Shown piece by piece: positions 28,698-38,493 of a stretch of 64,000 nucleotides of DNA (position 1 is the stretch's first letter; the number at the start of each line of letters is the position of its first letter). This DNA comes from Candidatus Latescibacterota bacterium (GTDB lineage Bacteria; Latescibacterota; UBA2968; UBA8231). The notes under the pieces were generated by a model. The model did not search any database and was not told where the DNA came from. It was given only the letters and a program-made list of their open reading frames with translations. The stretch lies in the NCBI GenBank assembly GCA_965243025.1, contig CBDETY010000003.1, forward strand, positions 544,001 to 608,000, read 5' to 3'. The position numbers and the translations under genes are program-made.

Positions 28698-30317
28698 ATG
28701 CCGGTAACCCTGGCTGAAGAGCACCGCCGGGCCGCCGCCCGGCGCCGGCGCATCGTCGTCAACTTCGACGTCACCTTCGCCATCAACGTCCACCACCGGA
28801 AAAACGGCGGCGCCGTCGACCTGCCGCGGCTGATCGATCACCTGTTCGAGTTCGCCGACGCCGGGGGCTCGCAGATCGACGCCGTCTGGTGGAACTGGGG
28901 AGAGGGGAACCAGGCCCCGTACCCCAGCGGCCGGCTGCCGCTTTACGACCACCCGCTGTACCGCGGCTGGGCCGAGGAGGGGACCGATATCGTCGGCATC
29001 CTGCTCGAGGAGACGCGCCGCCGCGGCCTCGAAGCCTTCTTCTCGCACCGCATGAACGGCTCCGACAACGACCTCGGGCCGTTCGCCGTCATTCCCGCCA
29101 AGGCAGCGCACCCGGAGTGGACCTTCCGCACCCCCTGGTGCACCCACGAGCACAACCGCTACTGGGACTTTTCCCACCCCGAAGTGCGGGAGTACGTCCT
29201 GGAGAACCTGCGGGAGGTCGCCGGGCGCTGGCCGTTCGACGGCTTCGAGCTCGACTTCGCCCGCGGGGTCTGTTTCCCGGAGGGAACCGCCTGGCTCCGG
29301 CGCGACTGCATGACCGGTTTCGTGCGCAGCATGCGGGAGATGCTGCTGCAGACCGGGAAGGAGCGCGGGCGGCCGATGCTGCTGGCGGCGCGGGTCCCCG
29401 AAAACCTCGCCGGCTGCCGCTTCGACGGCCTCGACGTCGAGACCTGGGCGCGGGAGGAGCTGGTCGACCTGCTGGTGCCCGGGGTGCGCTCCCTCGACGT
29501 CGACCTCGCCGGTTTCCGGAGGATCTGCGGGGGCACGCAGATCCGGCTCTACCCCAGCATCGACGACCACCACGCCTCGGACGGGTACCAGAACCCTGGG
29601 ATCGAGCTGTTCCGCGGGCTCGCGGCCACCTGGCGGCGGGACGGCGCCGACGGCCTGCACACCTTCAACTTCAACTTCGGCGCCGATGCGCCGTACGCCG
29701 GCCAGGACTGGCGCAGCCACCTGCAGGCGTACCGGGAGCTGGGCAGCCCGGATACCATCAGGGGAAAGGACAAGCTGTTCGTGGTCCAGCGCCGCGGCGG
29801 CGGCCACGGCCCCTCGGTGATCCCCAACCCCGAGGACTGGTACACCCCCCGCTACTGGTACGCCAACACCAACATGCTGGCGCCGCTGCCTGCCGACCTC
29901 GACCACAGCGGCAGGACCGACACCCTGCTGCCCCTGCGGGTCGGGGACGATGTCGAAGCAGAAGCGGAGGCGGCTTCCCTGTCGTTGCGCCTGCTGCTCT
30001 CGGATCCCGACGCCGCCAGGCTACCCGAAAACCAACGCCTTCCGGCGGTGGAGATAGCGGCCATCGGGCATGCCGGAGGCCTGATGAACGAACCGCCCGC
30101 AACCGGCATAGCGGAAAGGATCGAGGTGCGCCTGAACAACTGCCTGCTCGAGCGTTGCGAGGCGGTGGACGGCTGGCTGGTCTTTCCGGTCGAACCGCGG
30201 CTGGCAGCGGCCGGGGAGAACCTTGTCGGGGTCCGCCTCCTCGGAGGGGAGGAGGCGGCGGAGCCGGTGCGGGTCGAGAAGCTCGAGCTCCTGGTGCGTT
30301 ACTCAGGGCAGGGGTGA
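28698..30317 (+). CDS. Glycoside-hydrolase-like TIM-barrel protein (GHL10-like)
   Basis: RRRIVVNFD, GLEAFFSHRMN, HPEW, WDFSHPEVRE, DGFELDFAR, GLDVETWA, GADGLHTFN. Confidence 0.65.
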   Translation: MPVTLAEEHRRAAARRRRIVVNFDVTFAINVHHRKNGGAVDLPRLIDHLFEFADAGGSQIDAVWWNWGEGNQAPYPSGRLPLYDHPLYRGWAEEGTDIVGILLEETRRRGLEAFFSHRMNGSDNDLGPFAVIPAKAAHPEWTFRTPWCTHEHNRYWDFSHPEVREYVLENLREVAGRWPFDGFELDFARGVCFPEGTAWLRRDCMTGFVRSMREMLLQTGKERGRPMLLAARVPENLAGCRFDGLDVETWAREELVDLLVPGVRSLDVDLAGFRRICGGTQIRLYPSIDDHHASDGYQNPGIELFRGLAATWRRDGADGLHTFNFNFGADAPYAGQDWRSHLQAYRELGSPDTIRGKDKLFVVQRRGGGHGPSVIPNPEDWYTPRYWYANTNMLAPLPADLDHSGRTDTLLPLRVGDDVEAEAEAASLSLRLLLSDPDAARLPENQRLPAVEIAAIGHAGGLMNEPPATGIAERIEVRLNNCLLERCEAVDGWLVFPVEPRLAAAGENLVGVRLLGGEEAAEPVRVEKLELLVRYSGQG

Positions 30318-30483
30318 GATCGAGGCTGCCATTGTGCTGGTACTGAGATACTGGTGCTCGAGTTTGTTTTGTTGACGAGATTTTCAATGGGCGGGATAGC
30401 AAGGCTGCCCGAAAGTTTTGTCCGCGCTCCATTTGGCCGATAGCCGTTCGAAAGCTGCCACCGATAGACGAGGTCAAGGGAAC

Positions 30484-30804
30484 ATGGTGCGCATTCCCAC
30501 ACATCGAGAACCTGTTCATCCCGGCACGATGCTCATCGAGGAGTTCCTGAAGCCGATGGGGCTTACTCAGCAGGAGTTGGCGGATGGGATTCGCGTTCCT
30601 TACCAGCGAGTCAACGAACTGGTGAACCGGCGTCGAGGAGTCACACCCGGTACTGCTCTGAGACTGGCCAGGTTCTTCCGGATGACGCCAGACTTCTGGC
30701 TGAACCTCCAACTCCGTTGGGATCTCTACCACGCCATGCAGTCCGAGGCGTCGGAGTTGAAAAAGATCCACCCCAGCCATGCTGCGGGTGGGCAGGCAGC
30801 ATAA
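30484..30804 (+). CDS. higA: HigA-family antitoxin (XRE HTH), orphan
   Basis: PVHPGTMLIEEFLKPMGLTQQELA...RVNELVN.RRGVTP.TALRLARFF.MTPDFWLNLQ..WDL. Confidence 0.93.
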   Translation: MVRIPTHREPVHPGTMLIEEFLKPMGLTQQELADGIRVPYQRVNELVNRRRGVTPGTALRLARFFRMTPDFWLNLQLRWDLYHAMQSEASELKKIHPSHAAGGQAA

Positions 30805-30830
30805 GCCCGGGTCGCGGGCGACCCAAAGGC

Positions 30831-31040
30831 CGGGCCCTGTTGCTGGGCGAGGTCAAATGGCGGGAGCGGCCGGATCAGGGCGTCCTTTTCGAGCGTTTAC
30901 GGTACTGTGCCGGGAACTTTCCCCGGTCACGGGGAAGGAAGGTGATTCTGGGTGCCTGGTTGAAGCAGGGTGGAGGAGCTGATCCCGGGCCCGGGGAATT
31001 CGTGGTCGATCCGGAGGGAACACTCGCCGTGCTGCGCTGA
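30831..31040 (+). pseudogene. 3' remnant of an ATPase/PD-(D/E)XK (DUF234-like) gene
   Basis: LLLGEVKW motif followed by a short alpha/beta tail. No start and no ATPase part. Confidence 0.45.
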
Positions 31041-31328
31041 GGTGGAGCTTACACCGGTGCGGATCGTCTGGCTGACGTTGGATATGCGGGTGAGCGGTTC
31101 CTTGCTACGTCCTGAACAAAGGCAGCCGCTTGTCGGAGGAATTCGGGGTGGATCCGGAGGCGGGAAATCGAAGTGCCTGTCAACGCGCTGTGCAGGACGT
31201 CAGGTTCTGCTGCTATCTGTCTCGATCACGTCGATAATCGGTATCGCCTCCTTGGCAATTTCAATGAACCTGTCCATGATGTTGGATTTCCCTCGTATGG
31301 CGAATTGATTCCGGCCGAGCCGGTTCCC

Positions 31329-31679
31329 TCATTCCGGGGGAAGGCGGAGGGGCAATGCGGCCCGCAGCGCGCCGATTACTCTGCGCTGATCATTCTTCTC
31401 CAAGCGACCCACCGTGCCGAGGATGAGTCCGTTGTCGAGCGTGAACATCTTCATCCGGGCAATGCAGGGTTTTCGCAAGCCGGCCTCGCTCCACTGATCG
31501 AGGGACACGTCGAGATGCCAGGCGCTGCGGCTGGCGCTGGTGATCATCATGAGCAGGGTTGAGGCGTTTTTTCGGTTGAATGTCCGGTCGGACAGAACCA
31601 GTGCCTTGCGGCGTTTGGAGCGGGGCAGGTCGCTGAACGGAAAAGGCACGTCGACGACGTCGAATTGGCTACAAGTCAT
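31329..31679 (-). CDS. Type II toxin, PemK/MazF family
   Basis: FDVVDVPFPFSD...KRRKALVLS...N...LMMITS, AGLRKPC..R.K.FTLD. Confidence 0.92.
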   Translation of the reverse strand: MTCSQFDVVDVPFPFSDLPRSKRRKALVLSDRTFNRKNASTLLMMITSASRSAWHLDVSLDQWSEAGLRKPCIARMKMFTLDNGLILGTVGRLEKNDQRRVIGALRAALPLRLPPE

Positions 31680-31890
31680 CGTCTTCCCCGTCCTGCCACT
31701 CCGTCAGGGTCCGTTCGAGGGCTCTTGCCCACTCCAGGTCGATCCTCGAAGCCTTGTGGATTCTGACCTTGTCGCCGTCAACTTCGTAGGCGATGGCGTC
31801 TCCCGGATGCAGATCCAGGGAACGGCGGATGGCTACGGGAACCGTGGTCTGTCCCTTGGATGAGATTGTGCTGATTCTGACCGGATCCAA
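31669..31890 (-). CDS. AbrB/MazE/SpoVT-family antitoxin
   Basis: STISSKGQTTVPVAIRRSLDLHPGDAIAY, acidic EW...EDD tail. Overlaps the toxin start. Confidence 0.9.
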   Translation of the reverse strand: MDPVRISTISSKGQTTVPVAIRRSLDLHPGDAIAYEVDGDKVRIHKASRIDLEWARALERTLTEWQDGEDDDL

Positions 31891-31916
31891 ATGGGGAGGT
31901 CCTCGCAGGTAGGGAA

Positions 31917-31943
31917 AGTAAAGCTTTCTTTGTATTCTTTACT
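31917..31943. promoter_or_regulatory. Putative operator of the AbrB-PemK operon
   Basis: Inverted repeat AGTAAAG-N13-CTTTACT in an AT-rich patch just upstream of the antitoxin. Confidence 0.45.
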
Positions 31944-31991
31944 GGTAAGGTGCAGTTGGCCGGGGCGAATTGCAAGTCACCGGCTTCCCGG

Positions 31992-32834
31992 TCACCCGGC
32001 CTGCACCTCCACCGTCATCGGCACCTCCTCGACCGGCAGGCCGTTCTCCCGCGCCCACTCCTTCAACGTGTCTGGCAGGGCTTCCCCGGGGAAGCCGCCC
32101 AGCAACTGCTGTTCCACCGGGCCGGCCGCCCCGGCGAGTCCGGCGTCCGGCAGGCGCAGGCTTGGATCGACGCGCATCCAGCGGTAGGAGTACCCGTAGA
32201 TGACGACCTTGGAGACGCGGCCGGCGGTGTTGGGGGCGACGCTGTGGAAGGTGCGGTTCTCGAACAGCACCGCGTCTCCCGCCCTCGGGGTCAGCTCGAT
32301 CATCGACGGCGGATCGACCTCCCCCTCGGGAATGCCGAGGGGCTCCTGGAGCCGGTGGCTGCCGCGCGCGAACATGGTGATGCCGCAGCGGGGCGCCGGG
32401 AAGTCGGTGAGGCAGTAGCAGACCTTGACGCCGGCGCGCACCTGTCCGGCGTGGCCGAGGTCCGGGGTCAGCCCGATGTCGCGGTGCCAGGTCCGCAGGC
32501 CGTTGTCCTCGCCTTCGGGATCCTTGTAGACGACCGCGGCGGTGTGCAGGTGGATGTTCGGGCTGAGGAGCTGGACGATGTAGGGCAGCCCCGGGGAGTG
32601 GGCGAGCAGCGGGCGCAGTCCCGGTTCCTGGACGACGCTGTCCCGCAGCTGCAGGTAGGCGCTGCCCGGGTCGGGCTTCTGGCGGAAGCGGCCGGCCCGG
32701 AAGTCGGCTATCAGGCGGTCGCACGCTTCGGTAGAGCGCGCGATCTCGGCTTCGCTCAGCACCCCCGGAACATGGAGGTACCCGTCGCGCTCGAAGGATC
32801 CGCGCCGGTCTTCGGAAAGGAAAGCCATATCCAT
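31992..32834 (-). CDS. PhyH-family Fe(II)/2OG dioxygenase
   Basis: FERDGYL, TWHRD, KVCYCLTD, GSHR, AGDAVLFENRTFHSVAPN. Confidence 0.88.
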   Translation of the reverse strand: MDMAFLSEDRRGSFERDGYLHVPGVLSEAEIARSTEACDRLIADFRAGRFRQKPDPGSAYLQLRDSVVQEPGLRPLLAHSPGLPYIVQLLSPNIHLHTAAVVYKDPEGEDNGLRTWHRDIGLTPDLGHAGQVRAGVKVCYCLTDFPAPRCGITMFARGSHRLQEPLGIPEGEVDPPSMIELTPRAGDAVLFENRTFHSVAPNTAGRVSKVVIYGYSYRWMRVDPSLRLPDAGLAGAAGPVEQQLLGGFPGEALPDTLKEWARENGLPVEEVPMTVEVQAG

Positions 32835-32942
32835 CGGAGTTCAATCCTTTCGAGGTTGCCTGCAACCTGCCGGGTGGCAAGATTCGGACCGAATGCCGAA
32901 AGCTCAAGTCAGCGAAAACATCCGCACATGAAAGGAAGGGAA

Positions 32943-33731
32943 ATGATCGATACCCTGCTCATCGGGGGTAAGGGCCGGATCGGTTCCGGGCTGCGAACGT
33001 GGCTGCCGCGGCTCGACCCGGACTACGAGACCGCCTCCGTCGACCTGCCGGGTGCGCCGGACCATGCGCAGGAGGCGTCGGCGCAGGGCAAGCTCGTCGA
33101 AATGGACGTCTGCGCCGATCCTGACGGTCTGCGCGGCCTGCTGGAGGGGCGGGATCTCGTCGTCTACCTCGCCCGCAAGAGTCCGCTGCGGGCGATGAAC
33201 GCGATGACGGACCTGGTCTTCGAGTCGGTGCGCGAGGTCTGTCCGCAGGCGCTGCTCATCGGCTCGAGCTCGGTGCATTCGGTGGACCGCGCCTACTGGC
33301 CGTTCGACCGGGAGCCGTACGCGACGCTGGCGGCGCGGCGCTTCGACCGGCTGGAGTCGCCGCCCGAGCCGATTTCGGCGCTGATGGAGGCCTGCCCCGC
33401 CGGCGACTACGGGGAGGAGAAGGCGTACGTCGAGCGCTGGGCCGAGCGTTTCGCAGCCGATGGGCTGGCCGCGGTCGCCACGAGGTGGGGGGGCGTCAAC
33501 ATTCACAACCGGATGGTCGAGGAGATCGGGTACTTCGCGGTCTGGTGCCACCAGGAGGATGCGGCGCGCATGGTCGACAGCTGTTTCAAGACCCACCGGG
33601 ACGGCAGGCTGCGCAGCGGCGCCCACTACTTCGTCATTTCCGGCAACAGGCACAACATCTTCGACATCGAGACGCCGCGGCGCGAGGTCGGGTACGCGCC
33701 GGTCCACGACTCCGAGGTCTTCTTCGAGTAG
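32943..33731 (+). CDS. NAD-dependent epimerase/dehydratase (extended SDR, uronate dehydrogenase-like)
   Basis: LLIGGKGRIG, DLVVYLA, SSSVH, YGEEK (YxxxK), WCHQEDAAR, GYAPVHDSE. AAGGAAGG RBS. Confidence 0.8.
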   Translation: MIDTLLIGGKGRIGSGLRTWLPRLDPDYETASVDLPGAPDHAQEASAQGKLVEMDVCADPDGLRGLLEGRDLVVYLARKSPLRAMNAMTDLVFESVREVCPQALLIGSSSVHSVDRAYWPFDREPYATLAARRFDRLESPPEPISALMEACPAGDYGEEKAYVERWAERFAADGLAAVATRWGGVNIHNRMVEEIGYFAVWCHQEDAARMVDSCFKTHRDGRLRSGAHYFVISGNRHNIFDIETPRREVGYAPVHDSEVFFE

Positions 33732-33741
33732 CCGGTCCTGT

Positions 33742-36402
33742 TCAACGGTTCAACAGCTCGTAAAGCAGGTCGCCGTAGTAGGCGGCCGTCCACTCCAGGG
33801 GGTTGATCCGCAGCGCTCGCCCATAGGCGTGGAGGGCTTCCCGCCGCTGCTTGCGGAATCGCAGCACGTCTCCCTCGATGACCGACTCCCTTGCCCTGAA
33901 CCAGACAGCGAGGGTGTCGCCGCGGCCCGGGGTCCAGGCGGGGTCGGCCCGGTCGAGCCAGGGGAGGAGTTCGACGGGGCGGCGCGCGATCTCGCGGGCG
34001 AGATCCACGAGCACCATCCAGGTCCTGGCATGAAATCCGCGCGGTCCGACGAAGCTCAGGTGGGGATGATCGTCGGTGTTGAGGGGCCCCTCCCCGACGT
34101 ACCGCCGAAAGGCGTCCGAACCGAAGAAGAAACAGCCGAGGACGGCGAAGGGGAGGTCGAGGTCGACTTCCTCGAGGCTCTCCCGCACACGGGGGGAGGC
34201 GTATTTCTCCCGAAGCCGGCTGTAGGAGATCGACAGGGGGTCGAGGGTCCCCACCATGATCGCGTAGTTGTTGGTGCGCCACAGGCTGGCGTGCGGGAAG
34301 ACGGACTGGAAGGTCCGCAGGATGGTCTTGAAGTCCGCGACCGGAAGTCCGTGGAACGGCAGCCACTGCACGAGGATGCCGCCCGGTTTCAGGCGCGACC
34401 TGCACAGCTCGTAGAACTCCCGCGTGTAGAGCAGCCAGCTGTCGGTGCTGGTGGGATGGGTCGCGTCCCCGGTGATGACGTCGTAGCGCCCTCCTGTCCG
34501 CAGCATGAAGTTGCGGCCGTCGTCGACGATCAGCTCGATCGGGTAATCTCCGAGGCGCTCGAGGATCCGGTGGTTGTAGGGTCCGAACTCCTGGCGCGCC
34601 GCCTCGACGACTTCGGGCACGAGCTCGACGCACTGGATGCGGTCGGCGTCGTGCTGCGCGACCGCCCCCAGGGCGATGCCGCCGCCGAGGGCCACGACGA
34701 GGACGTCGCGGGGGTCGGGATGCAGCAGCATCGGCAGGTGTCCGAGCAGGCGGAAGAGCTGGAAGGAACCGTACTCGGAGGGGACCTGTCCGCCGCCGTT
34801 GAGAAGCATCTTGCGGTAACCGTCCCGCTTGCCGGTGACGGTGATGATCCCCTCGGCCCCTTCCTCGTAGTAGAGCAGGCTGGACCCGGGCTGCGACGGA
34901 CGGGACAGCTCCCTCATCACTTCCCCGGGAGAAGCGAGGATCACCGCGGCTGCGGCGGCCGCGGCCAGGGCCAGGGTTCCCAGCTTGCGGCCCGGCCGAA
35001 GCAGGGGATTGACGGCGATGACCGCGATCCCGACCAGCACGTTGAGGACGCCGAGGAGGCGGAAGGTGCCCTCGGTGCCGAAGAGGGGGATCAGCAGGAG
35101 GCCGGCGGCGAGGGAGCCGGCGAACGCGCCGAGGCTGTTGGCGGCGTTGACGTCGCCGACGCCGCGGCCGACCTGCCGGAAGCTCCGGGTCCAGATGCGG
35201 CTCACCACCGGGAAGGAGGCGCCCATCAGCAGGGTCGGAACCAGCATGATGCCGAAGGACATGGCGAAGATGCCCCCCCGGTAACGCCACCAGGTGCTCG
35301 CCCCCTGGATCTCGCCGACCCAGCCCGAGGCAGCGGCGAAGAGGGCGACCGAGGCGATCCCCATGAGGCCGACGGCGATCTGGAAGCCCCCGAACATCGA
35401 CAGCAGGTCGCGGCGCCTGTCGAGAAGGAGGCCGCAGAGGAAGCTTCCGAGGCTGAGGCCGAGCAGGAAGGCCATCAGCACGATGCTGAACTCGTAGTGG
35501 GTGTTGGCGGAGAAGGCGACGATGAACAGGCGCACCCAGGCGACCTCGTAGGCGAGGGCTGCGAACCCCTGGAGGGCGAAGCCGATCAGGACCGCCTTCA
35601 GCGCCAGGGGGGGCAGGGGGAGGACCTCGGCGGCCTCTGGCGGTCGGGGCTGGGGCGCCGGCTCGGGAACCCCTGTCCGGCTCTCCCCTGGAGGGGTCTC
35701 CGGCGCCGGGTCGGAGGCAAGTTCCCGGCTGTCCGCGGCCTCCTCCGCCCCGGGGCCCCGGAGGACGCCGCGCCCGATCAGGCAGGCCAGCGACGCCACG
35801 AGCAGGTTGACCACGCCGACGGCGTAGCTGCTGCCGCGCAGGCCGAGCTCCTCCATCAGGTAGAAGGTGACGCCGGCGACCCCGGCGACGGCGCCGAGGG
35901 TGTTGGCGGCGTACAGCAGGCCGACGCCGCTGCCGAGGCGGCTGAAGCGCCGCACCGCCGACCTCGAGATCACCGGAAGCGTCGCTCCCATGGCCGCGGT
36001 CGGGACCAGCAGCAGCCCGAAGGCGAGGGCGAAGCGGACCGCGGCGAAGGCGGCCGGGTGGCGCCCGGTCCAGTCGGCCTCCGCCAGCCATCCGCTCGCC
36101 CCCAGCAGATGGGGGAACAGGAAGGCGAAGAGGCCGATCCCGGCCTCGAGGGCGGCGAACACGAACAGGGGCCTGCGCACCCGGTCGATCCGGCGTCCGA
36201 AGCAGAAGCTGCCGATGGCGAGGCCTGCCATGAAGGCGCTCAGCACCGTGCTCACCGCCGGGAGGGTGGCGCCGAATACGACGATCAGCATGCGCGCCCA
36301 CAGGACCTGGTAGACCAGCCCGCAGGCGCCCGACAGCAGGAAGAGGGCCGGCAGCCCCCATGCCGCCGGGGCGGAGCCGGTGCGGTTGTCCGGTGCGTCC
36401 AC
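33742..36402 (-). CDS. Fused MFS-like/spermidine-synthase-like membrane protein with C-terminal TPR (paralogue of 7979-10624)
   Basis: FLLSGACGLVYQVLWARML, LYAANTLG, ALGGGIA, CVELVPEV, DDGRNF, YDVITGDATHP, SWLLYTREFY, ALRINP. Confidence 0.9.
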   Translation of the reverse strand: MDAPDNRTGSAPAAWGLPALFLLSGACGLVYQVLWARMLIVVFGATLPAVSTVLSAFMAGLAIGSFCFGRRIDRVRRPLFVFAALEAGIGLFAFLFPHLLGASGWLAEADWTGRHPAAFAAVRFALAFGLLLVPTAAMGATLPVISRSAVRRFSRLGSGVGLLYAANTLGAVAGVAGVTFYLMEELGLRGSSYAVGVVNLLVASLACLIGRGVLRGPGAEEAADSRELASDPAPETPPGESRTGVPEPAPQPRPPEAAEVLPLPPLALKAVLIGFALQGFAALAYEVAWVRLFIVAFSANTHYEFSIVLMAFLLGLSLGSFLCGLLLDRRRDLLSMFGGFQIAVGLMGIASVALFAAASGWVGEIQGASTWWRYRGGIFAMSFGIMLVPTLLMGASFPVVSRIWTRSFRQVGRGVGDVNAANSLGAFAGSLAAGLLLIPLFGTEGTFRLLGVLNVLVGIAVIAVNPLLRPGRKLGTLALAAAAAAAVILASPGEVMRELSRPSQPGSSLLYYEEGAEGIITVTGKRDGYRKMLLNGGGQVPSEYGSFQLFRLLGHLPMLLHPDPRDVLVVALGGGIALGAVAQHDADRIQCVELVPEVVEAARQEFGPYNHRILERLGDYPIELIVDDGRNFMLRTGGRYDVITGDATHPTSTDSWLLYTREFYELCRSRLKPGGILVQWLPFHGLPVADFKTILRTFQSVFPHASLWRTNNYAIMVGTLDPLSISYSRLREKYASPRVRESLEEVDLDLPFAVLGCFFFGSDAFRRYVGEGPLNTDDHPHLSFVGPRGFHARTWMVLVDLAREIARRPVELLPWLDRADPAWTPGRGDTLAVWFRARESVIEGDVLRFRKQRREALHAYGRALRINPLEWTAAYYGDLLYELLNR

Positions 36403-36462
36403 GGGAATTCCGTTGTCCTTACGCCCGGGAGGCGGTTTCGGGGGCCGCGCCCATCACCCCGT

Positions 36463-38382
36463 TCACCAGCGGGTGACGTCCCCGATCATGCCGGTGAAAT
36501 AGTCGACGATCATCCAGCCCCCGTGGCTGGTCACCTGCCCGAGGACCATGCCGAGGAACAGCGGCCTCAGCCTGCGGTAGAGGGCCGAGCCGCCGTAGCG
36601 CAGGATGACGAGCTTGAGAAGCCAGGCGATGAACATGCTCGACCAGGCGAAGAACATCATGTAGGTGCCGCCGACCGGAAACCCGATCGGGTGCAGGGGC
36701 CACCACAGGAAGCGGTGCCGGAGCCAGGTCAGGGCGAGCATCGCCGCGGCGCCGGCCGCGGTGAAGGCGCCGCGCGGGCCGAAGAAATTCCAGTCGTCGA
36801 CCGGTGTCGAGATCGCGGTGGCGACATTGCGGAACGACCAGTCGCCCATGATGTGGTAGAACCAGTAGTGCAGGTTGATGCCGCCGTACTCGTAGGCGAT
36901 GGCGATGACGGTCCAGGCGGAGCTCGCCAGGCTGACGGCGATGGCGAGCATGATCGACCAGAACAGGACCGGGCCGCGAACCCCGGCGAGCTCGGCGAGG
37001 CGGGCGCCGTTGGCGACAGCGGCCATCAGGCTGATCTTGATGTCTCCCGCCCAGCCGTTGCACAACCCGAGCACGGTCAGTCCCTGGGCGCCGATCGGCC
37101 CGTTGCCGAACGCCATGGTGGTGAACGCCGTCGGCGTCATCTGCGCGCGCCCGTACCCCATCCCCCCTTCGGCGACGATCTTGGTCAGCCCGAAGAAGAC
37201 TACGAAGGAGATGCCCATCAGGAACCCGGCGACGATGAGAGGAAGCCCCGCCTGGTTGAGGAACAGGACCGTGTAGGCCGTCGCCGCCAGCAGCAGCCAG
37301 ACCGCGGTGCGGTGTCTGAGCAGCCCGTTTCCGCCCTCCTCGTCTCCCCGGGAGAAGGCGGCGCGAAACCCGGTTTTCAGGTGTCCCCTCGCGGTCCACA
37401 GGGCTACCGCGACGAGGGCGATCATTGCGCCCATGGCCTGCTGGGCGGTGGCGATGGAGCCCTCCGTGTGCATCAGGCGCAGCTCCGGCACCGAGTAGCC
37501 CAGCCGCGCGAACAGGGCGAGCTCGACGTAGTAGAACAGGTAGAAGAACCACAGGCTGAAGGAGATCTCCAGGCTGAGGAAATAGGTCAGGCCGATGACG
37601 ATGAACCAGATGCTGAACAGCAGGTGGCGGACCTCGGGGAGGATCTCCACCGTCGTCGACAGGGCGATCCCCGAAAGGCCGCCGGAGTAGCGGCTCAGGG
37701 CGTTGATGCCGAGCAGCACCATCGGAATGGAGAAGCCGATCCACATCGTCGAGTTTTTCAGGAACGGGTTGATCCTTCCGCCGTCCTCCTGCACCATGTC
37801 GGCCGGCAGTTGCACCAGCGGGTAGATCAGGCGCTCGTGGTGCGCCCACTGCCGGTGCATGAGCGCCACCATCGAGATCATCATCAGGTACAGGGCCAGG
37901 GCGAAGGAGCCCCAGGCGGCCAGGGGGACGAACCAGGCGTCCCAGGGGATGGGATGGCCTTTCGGCAGCCCCTCGAAGAAGTAGAAGACGGCGAGATCGT
38001 CCTGCGGCACCAGCCAGGACTTCAGGTGCGGGTGAATGAGGTCGGCCCAGCCGTTCTCCGGGGTCGCGTAGTAGAAGACCTCGGCGAGAAAGGGGATCAG
38101 CTGCGCGGTCAGGCCGACCGTGGGAATGGCGGTGGCGACGATCATCATCGTGTAGACGAGGACGAGCTCCCGCGACGACAGCGCCCACTGCCGGCGCACC
38201 AGGACCAGCGGGGTGTTGTAGACCAGGATCAGGAGAAAGAGCAGCAGGATCGCCCCGCCGGAGATGAAGTCGCCGGTCCAGTTGAAGGTGCCCATGGCGA
38301 GGACCCCGTACGACATGACGACGTTGATCACCAGGCACATCAGGATGCCGATGAGCAGGGCTTTGACGGGAACTCGTTTCAC
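36463..38382 (-). CDS. DUF6785/DUF6784-type polytopic membrane protein (stand-alone)
   Basis: Colinear with the C-terminal domain of 19275-25698: FYYATPENGW, FFEGLP.G..IPW..W..PL, HRQWAHHERLIYP.VQ.P, YGGINL, RFLWWPLHPIGF. GTG start chosen. Confidence 0.82.
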   Translation of the reverse strand: MKRVPVKALLIGILMCLVINVVMSYGVLAMGTFNWTGDFISGGAILLLFLLILVYNTPLVLVRRQWALSSRELVLVYTMMIVATAIPTVGLTAQLIPFLAEVFYYATPENGWADLIHPHLKSWLVPQDDLAVFYFFEGLPKGHPIPWDAWFVPLAAWGSFALALYLMMISMVALMHRQWAHHERLIYPLVQLPADMVQEDGGRINPFLKNSTMWIGFSIPMVLLGINALSRYSGGLSGIALSTTVEILPEVRHLLFSIWFIVIGLTYFLSLEISFSLWFFYLFYYVELALFARLGYSVPELRLMHTEGSIATAQQAMGAMIALVAVALWTARGHLKTGFRAAFSRGDEEGGNGLLRHRTAVWLLLAATAYTVLFLNQAGLPLIVAGFLMGISFVVFFGLTKIVAEGGMGYGRAQMTPTAFTTMAFGNGPIGAQGLTVLGLCNGWAGDIKISLMAAVANGARLAELAGVRGPVLFWSIMLAIAVSLASSAWTVIAIAYEYGGINLHYWFYHIMGDWSFRNVATAISTPVDDWNFFGPRGAFTAAGAAAMLALTWLRHRFLWWPLHPIGFPVGGTYMMFFAWSSMFIAWLLKLVILRYGGSALYRRLRPLFLGMVLGQVTSHGGWMIVDYFTGMIGDVTRW

Positions 38383-38493
38383 CGCGGGCGGTCCGCCGTG
38401 GGGCGGGGTTTGTAACGGAGGCGGGCGGGGAGTATGCTTGCCGGCCGATCGAGGAATGCCGGGGAAACTCGGCGACATGCGCGGGAAAGGAAA

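Noticed and set aside
33460-38415. 1651-aa plus-strand ORF
   Set aside because: Antisense shadow of the MFS/SpdS and DUF6785-type genes; no motifs.
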